32,000 bases of DNA from contig JBMFJD010000003.1 of NCBI GenBank assembly GCA_049974095.1, positions 38,136 to 70,135 of the forward strand, written 5' to 3'. Numbering within the stretch: position 1 is the first letter of the stretch; each line of letters opens with the position of its first letter. The notes under the pieces are model-generated. The model ran no database searches. It worked only from the letters and a program-made list of their open reading frames with translations, and was not told where the DNA came from. Of the stretch, positions 17,322 through 25,313 are shown one piece after another. The stretch comes from Nanopusillaceae archaeon. GTDB taxonomy: Archaea; Nanobdellota; Nanobdellia; Nanobdellales; Nanobdellaceae. The translations under genes and the position numbers were made by a program.

Positions 17322-17396
17322 GGACCCGTAGCTCAGCATGGATAGAGCGACGGCCTTCTAAGCCGTAGGTCGGGGGTTCGAATCCCCCCGGGCCCG
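17322..17396 (+). tRNA. tRNA-Arg (anticodon UCU)
   Basis: Hand-folded. Acceptor GGACCCG/CGGGCCC (A3 opposite C70), D arm GCTC-agcatggata-GAGC, anticodon arm ACGGC-ctTCTaa-GCCGT, variable aggtc, T arm GGGGG-ttcgaat-CCCCC, discriminator G. No encoded CCA. A TATA-like TTTATAAT lies at 17290-17297. Confidence 0.85.
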
Positions 17397-17401
17397 CTAA
17401 A

Positions 17402-17857
17402 TTATTTTGATAATGTTGATGTCAAATTATATGATTGTTGATAGTTATTATAAGTAAAATAAAACTCGTAATATCCATTATTAGAAAATAAATTATTTAT
17501 AATTTCTTCATTATTTGTACAATTTACTAATACTGTTCCTTGACTGTTTGTATCTAATGTATAATTTGAGGCAACTATATTACAATTATATTGAATATTT
17601 GTTAAAGAATAAATAGCATAAACATCCATATTATTCAAATAAATTACAGATGGACCATTATTATAAATTATTGCATATATTCCTTGCTTTGAATAGTACA
17701 TAAGAGGAATTTTAAACGAAGATGGTAAACTTTGTCCAGAACCTTTCATAAAATATTTTGCTATTTCTGTTGGAGGTACAAATAAATATAAAAATACAGA
17801 TACTCCTAATAATATACCCATAAAAATCAATAAAAATGTCCACGTATCTGATCTCAT
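17402..17857 (-). CDS. Membrane-anchored N/Y/S-rich protein (possible surface or archaellum/pilus accessory protein)
   Basis: 151 aa. An N-terminal TM anchor (WTFLLIFMGILLGVSVFLYLFV) is followed by a beta-rich, Asn/Tyr-rich domain with several N-x-S/T sequons. I recognise no diagnostic motif. Confidence 0.45.
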   Translation of the reverse strand: MRSDTWTFLLIFMGILLGVSVFLYLFVPPTEIAKYFMKGSGQSLPSSFKIPLMYYSKQGIYAIIYNNGPSVIYLNNMDVYAIYSLTNIQYNCNIVASNYTLDTNSQGTVLVNCTNNEEIINNLFSNNGYYEFYFTYNNYQQSYNLTSTLSK

Positions 17858-17882
17858 TCTATATTTAAACTACATTAAAATA

Positions 17883-18821
17883 TTAAAATTTAACCTTAAA
17901 ATCTATACATACCCTATACGTACCTGGTGCTATATCTCCAACTTTTAATATTTTTAATATTTCATAATTAAAATTCAATTTTTTAGAATATTCATCTAAT
18001 AATTTATATGAATTTTCTTCTATTTCTTCTTCCTTAAAAAATTGATATAAATGTATAATTCCATTATTTTTTATTAAAGGTATTGCATATTCTAAAAAAG
18101 TATGGCTCTCCTTTGGTAAAGGCATTATAATTCTATCAAATTTTTTATTAAATTTTTCTAAATTTTCCAAATCTTTTATATATTTCAAATTCTTATATTT
18201 TATCTTTCTTATAATATCTTTATCTTCAAATACATAAATATTATTTAATTCTATCCCAGATTCTATTACATCCTTTATATAATCTTCTTCATTCTTTATT
18301 ATCCCATCTCCATTTTCTAAATATCCTATATAAGGAGAAATATCTCTTACATCCCCCAATATTGTAACTATATTATTTACCTTATTTAATTTTACATTTT
18401 CTAATCCATATTTTACAGCAAAAGGATTAAGTTCTATAGAATATATGATTTTTGCTTTTGAAAATTTCGATATATATATAGGATATACATTCACTCCAGA
18501 AAACATTACCAATACTTCTTCCCCTTCTTTAACTTCTTTTGCTATTCTATATCTTTCATTAGCTAACCTAGAAGAATAATATGATCTACCGACATCAACT
18601 TTAAATTTTAATCCATATTCTATATTTATTGTCTCTGTTTTATTTTCTCCATATAATATTTTATATTTTGGAACCCTATAGGGAGGTAATACATCTGTTT
18701 CTTGTAATAAGATTGTTTTTATAAACCTGTACTTCTCTAATATTTTCTTAACATATTCTTCTTCACTATATTTTAATGGTTTTTTTATTACTGCAATATC
18801 CCCAATAATATCATAAGACAT
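17883..18821 (-). CDS. trm5: tRNA (guanine37-N1)-methyltransferase Trm5 / Taw22-like (Met-10+ family)
   Basis: YDIIGDIAVI at the N-terminus, YYSSRLANERYRIA, the SAM site VLVMFSGVNVYPI, SIELNP, and the catalytic-loop region IIMPLPKES. An insertion of about 65 aa lies between GDVRD and FDRIIMPLP. Confidence 0.8.
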   Translation of the reverse strand: MSYDIIGDIAVIKKPLKYSEEEYVKKILEKYRFIKTILLQETDVLPPYRVPKYKILYGENKTETINIEYGLKFKVDVGRSYYSSRLANERYRIAKEVKEGEEVLVMFSGVNVYPIYISKFSKAKIIYSIELNPFAVKYGLENVKLNKVNNIVTILGDVRDISPYIGYLENGDGIIKNEEDYIKDVIESGIELNNIYVFEDKDIIRKIKYKNLKYIKDLENLEKFNKKFDRIIMPLPKESHTFLEYAIPLIKNNGIIHLYQFFKEEEIEENSYKLLDEYSKKLNFNYEILKILKVGDIAPGTYRVCIDFKVKF

Positions 18822-18849
18822 AAAGCTTTATTATATAACATTAATAAAA

Positions 18850-19416
18850 ATGTTCGGAAGATTTGGAAGACGTGGGTTTAGGCATTTACAAGGACAGATA
18901 GTTGGAGAAGAATATATAAAACATTTAAATTTAAAAGAGGGAATGAATGTCGCAGATGCAGGATCTGGACCTGGAAGATTTTCTATACCAATTGCAAAAA
19001 TTGTTTATCCTGGAAAAGTATATGCAATAGATATTGATGAAGAATCTTTGGAATATATAAATAAAGTAAAAAAAGAACAAAACATTGATAATATAATAAC
19101 AATAAAAGCTGATATAACAGAAAAAATTCCTTTAGAGGATAAATCTATAGATTTTGCATTAATGGTAAATGCTTTACATGGATTAATAAGATTAAATAGA
19201 GAAGAAAATACATTAAATGAAATAAAAAGAATATTAAAGGATGATGGAAGGATAGGGATAGTAGAATTTAGAAAAGATCTTTTAGAGTTTGGTCCTCCAG
19301 AGTGGGTTAGATTATCTGAAGAAGATACAATTTCTATCTTTAAAAAATTTGGATTTAGAGTTATTAATGGACCAGTATATGTTGAAAATGAATATATTTT
19401 AATTTTTAGTAAATAA
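18850..19416 (+). CDS. Class I SAM-dependent methyltransferase (UbiE/type-11-like)
   Basis: 188 aa. Motif I VADAGSGPGRF, the post-I acidic residue in YAIDIDEE, and motif II/III DFALMVNALH...LKDDGRIGIVEF. Confidence 0.75.
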   Translation: MFGRFGRRGFRHLQGQIVGEEYIKHLNLKEGMNVADAGSGPGRFSIPIAKIVYPGKVYAIDIDEESLEYINKVKKEQNIDNIITIKADITEKIPLEDKSIDFALMVNALHGLIRLNREENTLNEIKRILKDDGRIGIVEFRKDLLEFGPPEWVRLSEEDTISIFKKFGFRVINGPVYVENEYILIFSK

Positions 19417-19756
19417 TTATCTTTTATTTTTTAAGACTCTATATATAAGCCAGATATTTATAAATAACCTCCTAATTTAAAAAATATTTTTTAAATAAAC
19501 TTTTTATATCCTATATATAAATTTATTATCTGAGTAAAATTTTACCACAACTTAGTATTCTATTTTAGCCATAGAAAAATGATAGGTTTTTAAACTCTTC
19601 TCATAAATAATACTGTATGGCAAAGAAGAAAAAAGAAGAAGAAAAGAAACAATAAACTTAAATAAATAATATAGTTTATTTGTGAAGTACATTAAACTCG
19701 GATCATCATCGGCCTCTTTCATATATTATATTTTTTCAGATCTATTATATAAATTT

Positions 19757-21892
19757 TTATGAAAAAGTAATAACTGGTGATGTAGCCTTTTCCTTCAATT
19801 CATTAATTATATTATCATTTATCTTTTCAAACAATGGTTTAACCTCTCCTACAATTTCTATAGTAATATTATTTGCAAAATTGAATAAAGAGTATAGATT
19901 ATCAAATGACACATCTTGATAATTTATTAAATTAAAGAATTTCTTAGAGGATGATGGTATAAATGGATATAACATTGTATATAAAGATATTAATAATATT
20001 GTTAAAGATTTTACTATAATTTTCTTTCTTTGAGGATTTTCCCATGGTTTATTATCTTGAAATATTTTATTTCCATAATTCGATAATTCCAACATTTTTC
20101 TTAATCCTAAATTTAATTCTCCTTTATCCATCAATTCAAAATATTCTCCTAATTTTTTCTTTATTTCTTCTATTATATTTTTTTCTACAGGTCCATCAAT
20201 TCTTCCATTATAATACTTCTTAATAAAAGATAATACCCTATGAGTAAGATTCCCAATATTATTTACTAATTCCTCATTTATAACATTCTTAAATTCTTCC
20301 CATTTGAAATCTGTATCTTTATTATATGGTAAAATATATGATATATAAAATCTCCAATAATCAGGATTTAAATTTGTTTTTATCAATGCATCACAAAATA
20401 TACCCCATTTTTGACTTTTACTTATTTTTCTTCCTTCATATGTTAAATAAGATAAACCAATAACATTATATGGCAATGTAAAATTAATAAGATCAGTTAT
20501 TTCAAAAAATTCTTTGAAATCTTCAGATATATTATTTGAAGATAATAATATTGCTGGCCAAAAAACTGCATGAAATGGTATATTATCCTTTCCTAGAAAA
20601 TGATATATCTTTCCATATAACCAAAAATCTTTCCAATTTATATCTAAATATATCTTTAAGACCTTTTTATTTTCAAATAGATATTTTAATATTTTTCCTA
20701 AATTATAAAATTCTTTATATATTCCAGATAAATATAAAACAGATCCTTCTATTTTATATTCTAATTCATATAAAGAATCATCAATCTTTATCTTCAATAT
20801 CTTTCCATTATCATCTAAAACATTTATATTACTTATATCTTCATTCTTTACATCATCATAGACATATTCTCCTTTTAATTTTTCAGCTAAAAAAGAAATA
20901 TAACCAATTAATGCATCATACCAAACATATAATACTTTATTTTTATACGCTTCAAAATAATTATATAATGTTAAAATACTATCTACTTTTGGCCAATTTT
21001 CTTCAACAATTGTCCTAATTTTTAATATTTCTTCTACAGGTACTATTAATCCCTCCTCTTTTAATGCATTAATAAAGGAATCTATAAATTTCTCCTTTGA
21101 TCCAAAATCTAATTTATTAAATATTTTCTTCCTCAAAACTTCCCATAATTCCTTATATGGAACTGGAACACCAAAGGACAAATCTCTTGTAATACTTCTT
21201 TCTCTTAATCCTTCTTTTATCCATCCCAAAGACATTGTTATTGCTAGATCTGTAAATATTTCTTTTTTACTTTCTACATATTCTTTTATTTTTTCTTCCA
21301 GTTTTGTAAGATTTAAATATAAATGTCTTGTTTTTCTAAATATTATTGGATTTCCTGTAATTGCATTTCTCGGATTTATAAGATCTTTTGGATCTAATAA
21401 TCTTCCACAATTTTCACACTGATCACCCTTTGCATTTTCATATCCACAGTATGGACATGTTCCTACAACAAATCTATCTGCAAGAAATTTATTCCAAACA
21501 GGATCATAAGGTAATTCTACTTCTTTTTCTACAATATATCCATTAATAAAAGATCTCATAAATAATTCTTGAACAATTTTATAATGTATTTGATTATTTG
21601 ATGTTTCACTAAAATTATCAAAGGATAAATTAAACCATTTATATATTTCTTTATGGACACTATGGAAGAAATTTACAATATTTTCAGGCTTTGTATTATT
21701 TTTAATTGCTTCAACTTCTGTTGCAGAACCATGATCATCTGTTCCACATAAATAAAATACAATATTTCCCTTTAATCTATTATATCTTGCAAATATATCC
21801 GAAGGTAATAAGCTTCCTGCTAAATGGCCAATATGTGGTACATTATTTACATATGGTAATGCTGAAGTAATTAATACAATATCTTTTCCCAT
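19757..21892 (-). CDS. metG: Methionyl-tRNA synthetase (with large internal insertions)
   Basis: 711 aa. ITSALPYVNNVPHIGHLAG is the HIGH region; also the Zn knuckle CPYCGY...CENCG, YVWYDALIGYIS, HFLGKDNIPFHAVFWPA and KISKSQ (the KMSKS equivalent). Confidence 0.9.
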   Translation of the reverse strand: MGKDIVLITSALPYVNNVPHIGHLAGSLLPSDIFARYNRLKGNIVFYLCGTDDHGSATEVEAIKNNTKPENIVNFFHSVHKEIYKWFNLSFDNFSETSNNQIHYKIVQELFMRSFINGYIVEKEVELPYDPVWNKFLADRFVVGTCPYCGYENAKGDQCENCGRLLDPKDLINPRNAITGNPIIFRKTRHLYLNLTKLEEKIKEYVESKKEIFTDLAITMSLGWIKEGLRERSITRDLSFGVPVPYKELWEVLRKKIFNKLDFGSKEKFIDSFINALKEEGLIVPVEEILKIRTIVEENWPKVDSILTLYNYFEAYKNKVLYVWYDALIGYISFLAEKLKGEYVYDDVKNEDISNINVLDDNGKILKIKIDDSLYELEYKIEGSVLYLSGIYKEFYNLGKILKYLFENKKVLKIYLDINWKDFWLYGKIYHFLGKDNIPFHAVFWPAILLSSNNISEDFKEFFEITDLINFTLPYNVIGLSYLTYEGRKISKSQKWGIFCDALIKTNLNPDYWRFYISYILPYNKDTDFKWEEFKNVINEELVNNIGNLTHRVLSFIKKYYNGRIDGPVEKNIIEEIKKKLGEYFELMDKGELNLGLRKMLELSNYGNKIFQDNKPWENPQRKKIIVKSLTILLISLYTMLYPFIPSSSKKFFNLINYQDVSFDNLYSLFNFANNITIEIVGEVKPLFEKINDNIINELKEKATSPVITFS

Positions 21893-21915
21893 TTAAATAA
21901 TTATTTCTTAAAGAT

Positions 21916-24345
21916 TTATAATATCTCTTCTATATATTTTTTATTTTTATTTACCCATTCAGATATTGCTTCTGAATATTGATAGAACTTTAATATATCA
22001 TTTTTATATCTTGGTAAATTCCTAATTAAATAATCTCTCATTTCCTTTATTATTGGACCTGTATATATATTAAATAGGCTAAATATAATATCCTTAATAA
22101 TTAAATATGCTTTTTCATATTTTTTAATTTCATCAATATTCTCTTTTATCCAACTAAATAATACATAAATTGATTCTGGATTTCTAGAAATATTAATAAA
22201 TAAATGCCTCCAATCCTGTAGTTTTATTGTTCCATCTATTGCCTTATCCAATAATTCTACTATTAAATTTCTTCTTCTAAAACTAGATAATCCTTTAATT
22301 AAAATAATTTTCTCTTCAGGATTATTTGTTTTATTATATAGATAAAGCATCTTTTTGAATTCATTAATACCTCCCTGCATTCCAACAACTTCAGATATTA
22401 TTGTTTTTTCATTATTATTTATATTTTCCCATTCTTTGAATTTATCAAATGAATAATCTATTACAGAATAATTATTTAATAATGATAAATATTTAAATGA
22501 TAAATATTTCTTGTTTAAAGTTGAATAATCTTTTACTTCAATATCCTTAAACTTATCAAATATATCCAAATATTTATTCAAAAATTCTTTTTGTTCTAAT
22601 CCAAAATACAAATATATATTATATAATATATTGAAAATTATTGTTAAGACAAACCAGGAATCTTCATTCCTATAATAATCTATGAAATCCAGTAATCTAT
22701 CTATTGATATTTTTCCAAATATACTTAATAAATATAAATCATGTAATAATAATCCTCTACTTAATGGAGAAAATTTATTATTTTTTAATCCATTTATTAT
22801 AAATTCCATATTATTATATTTTGTAATATAAAAACCAATAGCATCTCTATTAATTGTAAAATATTCTGGCTTTCTCTTTAATATTATTTTTCCTTTTCCT
22901 TTATTAAATAATATATTTAATTTTTCATTTTCTATTTCTAAAAATATTGGAATTATCCATTTTGAATTTTCATTCCTTTTATATAAAAATCTTGATTGAT
23001 TTAAATAAATAATATCTTTATTATAATTTACTTCAACAATTGGATATCCTTTTTTATTTATCCATCTATCTATCATATTTCTTATTTCTTTTCCTCCAAT
23101 TATTTCAAATTCTTTAAATAAATCATTTGCAGAAGCATTTGAATATTTATATTTATTTAAATAATTCATTATAGATAACCTGAATTTATCATAACCTAAG
23201 AAATTATCTATCATTCTTAATATATTTCCTCCTTTTCCATAACTTATTTCATCGAATATACTTTCTATTTCTTCTTCTTTTTCTACATTTACTTTAATTG
23301 AATGAGTACTTAAGAAACCATCAGAAAATTTAGATTCATATGATTCATTTATATAAAATCTTTCCCATGCTATTTTTTCTTCATACAATTGATCTACCGC
23401 TTTATATGCCATGTATGTTGCAAAGGATTCATTTAACCATAGATCATCCCACCATTTCATTGTAACCAAATTTCCAGACCACTGATGCCAAAGTTCATGA
23501 GCAATAACTTCCATTGTTCTAATTTTTTGAGAAAAAGAATAATTTTCTTCTTTATATAATAACGCCGTTTCTCTAAATGTAATTGCACCCCAATTTTCCA
23601 TTGCACCAGCAGCAAAATCTGGTATAGCAATTAAATCTAATTTTTCTAATGGATAGTCTATTGAAGAATATCTTTCATAAAATTCTAATACTTTTTTAGT
23701 CCAATCTAATGAAAATTCTCCATCTTTTACTTTTTCTTTATCTGCAACAATCCTTATTTTTTTATTTATATATTTATCTTCTAAATAATAAAATTTTCCA
23801 ATGCCTAAATATAATAAATATGTAGACATTGGAGGAGTCTCTTTAAATTTTACAATTTTTTTATCTCCTATCACTTCTTCTTCTTTTATTTCTGTATTTG
23901 AAATTACATCATAATCGCTTTTTACTGAAACTTCTAATTCAAATTTTGCTTTAAATGATGGTTCATCAAAACATGGAATAAAATATCTAGCATATGTAGG
24001 CTCAAATTGCGTTGTTAATATTTTATCTTTTCCCTTTGATAAATAAAATCCAATTAAATCATTCCTAACTTTACCTTTAAATCTTATATATAATTTTCCT
24101 TCTCCAGAATATTTTTTTCCAATATCTATCTCTATTGTATCCTGATCTAATTCTTTAAAATTTACAATATAATTATTAAATCTTATTTTTTCAATTTTAA
24201 TTTCTCTAGAATTAATATATATTTTATTTCTTGGCTTTTCTATATTTAAAATAATTTCTTCTTCCCCACTATATGTTAATTTATCTATATCTACATCTAT
24301 TTTTATCATATATTTAATCGGTTTTACATCATCAGGCAATCTCAT
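21916..24345 (-). CDS. M1-family zinc aminopeptidase (aminopeptidase N / tricorn-interacting factor F3-like)
   Basis: 809 aa. The exopeptidase motif GAMENWG and the zinc site HELWHQWSGNLVTMKWWDDLWLNESFATY (HExxH-x18-E). Confidence 0.92.
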   Translation of the reverse strand: MRLPDDVKPIKYMIKIDVDIDKLTYSGEEEIILNIEKPRNKIYINSREIKIEKIRFNNYIVNFKELDQDTIEIDIGKKYSGEGKLYIRFKGKVRNDLIGFYLSKGKDKILTTQFEPTYARYFIPCFDEPSFKAKFELEVSVKSDYDVISNTEIKEEEVIGDKKIVKFKETPPMSTYLLYLGIGKFYYLEDKYINKKIRIVADKEKVKDGEFSLDWTKKVLEFYERYSSIDYPLEKLDLIAIPDFAAGAMENWGAITFRETALLYKEENYSFSQKIRTMEVIAHELWHQWSGNLVTMKWWDDLWLNESFATYMAYKAVDQLYEEKIAWERFYINESYESKFSDGFLSTHSIKVNVEKEEEIESIFDEISYGKGGNILRMIDNFLGYDKFRLSIMNYLNKYKYSNASANDLFKEFEIIGGKEIRNMIDRWINKKGYPIVEVNYNKDIIYLNQSRFLYKRNENSKWIIPIFLEIENEKLNILFNKGKGKIILKRKPEYFTINRDAIGFYITKYNNMEFIINGLKNNKFSPLSRGLLLHDLYLLSIFGKISIDRLLDFIDYYRNEDSWFVLTIIFNILYNIYLYFGLEQKEFLNKYLDIFDKFKDIEVKDYSTLNKKYLSFKYLSLLNNYSVIDYSFDKFKEWENINNNEKTIISEVVGMQGGINEFKKMLYLYNKTNNPEEKIILIKGLSSFRRRNLIVELLDKAIDGTIKLQDWRHLFINISRNPESIYVLFSWIKENIDEIKKYEKAYLIIKDIIFSLFNIYTGPIIKEMRDYLIRNLPRYKNDILKFYQYSEAISEWVNKNKKYIEEIL

Positions 24346-24378
24346 GAATATATAAATTATTATGATAATTTTTTAACT

Positions 24379-24993
24379 ATGTCAAAAATATATAAGATAG
24401 CTGGTATGCCTATAACAATATGGCTGGTAATAATATTATTTATAATATTTATGCTAGAGATGTTTTTACCAATCAAAATTATGAATTTACTTGTATTTGT
24501 TCCTTATTATTCTATAAAGTATCCATGGACATATGTAACCTCAATTTTTCTAGATGGAAATATATATCAATTATTTTTTGATGGCTTAGCATTATTTTTC
24601 TTAGGAATAGCATTCGAATATTTGTATGGAAGTAAAAATTTAATCATATTATTTTTATTATCTGGAATTTTTGGCAATATTGCATTTTTCTTACAATATT
24701 TTAATAGTTCTCTAATTGGTGGACTGGGATCTTCTGGAGCAATTTCAGGTATTTTGGGTGCTTTAGCGATATTAAAACCAAAAGAGAAGGTAATTATTTT
24801 TCCAATAATAATTCCAATTGATATGATTTATGCAGCAATATTTTGGATAATATTTAATTTAGTTGGGTTAATTTATCCATTTGTTCCAATAGGTTTTTCT
24901 GCCCACATAGGAGGTACTTTATTTGGAATGCTATATGGATACCTTTTAAAGAAAAGATTGAAAAAAGAAGATACTATAATTATTGGTCAATAG
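24379..24993 (+). CDS. Rhomboid-family intramembrane serine protease
   Basis: 204 aa and polytopic. The catalytic GSSGAISGILGA (GxSG) and the downstream AHIGGTLFG histidine motif are both present. Confidence 0.85.
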   Translation: MSKIYKIAGMPITIWLVIILFIIFMLEMFLPIKIMNLLVFVPYYSIKYPWTYVTSIFLDGNIYQLFFDGLALFFLGIAFEYLYGSKNLIILFLLSGIFGNIAFFLQYFNSSLIGGLGSSGAISGILGALAILKPKEKVIIFPIIIPIDMIYAAIFWIIFNLVGLIYPFVPIGFSAHIGGTLFGMLYGYLLKKRLKKEDTIIIGQ

Positions 24994-25061
24994 CTAAATT
25001 TTTTAATTTGTTGTTTATTGATAACATAAACTATATAAATTATAAAATTATATCTAATAAA

Positions 25062-25301
25062 ATGGAAGAAAAAATAGAAAAGGTAAATGAAAAAGTTTTA
25101 AAAGAGATCAGAGGAAAATTGGCTACCTTATCTACAAGCACCTTATTAAAATATTATGAAGATATTAAGTATAATATTATCCCATCATATTTATCATCTT
25201 ATACACAATATCTAACTCCTTCTGAATTATTAGAAAGTATTGAAAAAGAATTATTAATAAGGGGAGCTTTAAAGAAAATTAAAAAAATAGATATACATTG
25301 A
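25062..25301 (+). CDS. Hypothetical protein (79 aa from the ATG at 25062)
   Basis: Helical, K/E-rich ORF filling the gap after the rhomboid gene. The track's start at 25008 is a TTG. I recognise no motif. Confidence 0.35.
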   Translation: MEEKIEKVNEKVLKEIRGKLATLSTSTLLKYYEDIKYNIIPSYLSSYTQYLTPSELLESIEKELLIRGALKKIKKIDIH

Positions 25302-25313
25302 TTTTTTAAATAA

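Noticed and set aside
19617-19655. A mini-ORF, ATG GCA AAG AAG AAA AAA GAA GAA GAA AAG AAA CAA TAA (MAKKKKEEEKKQ), and a 46-codon antisense ORF (19552-19692).
   Set aside because: The 12-codon ORF is simply the polypurine tract read in frame. The antisense ORF is its pyrimidine-rich shadow. Neither resembles a known small ribosomal or membrane protein, and nothing else supports them.
19700-19712. A perfect C-box-like GAUGAUGA on the minus strand (GGCCGATGATGATCCGAG) as a fourth C/D box sRNA.
   Set aside because: No CUGA or CAGA lies 12 nt (or 9-13 nt) downstream, and there is no second box pair. The only nearby CTGA lies upstream of it on that strand. The layout does not fit a C/D sRNA, so it is kept only as part of the unexplained spacer.
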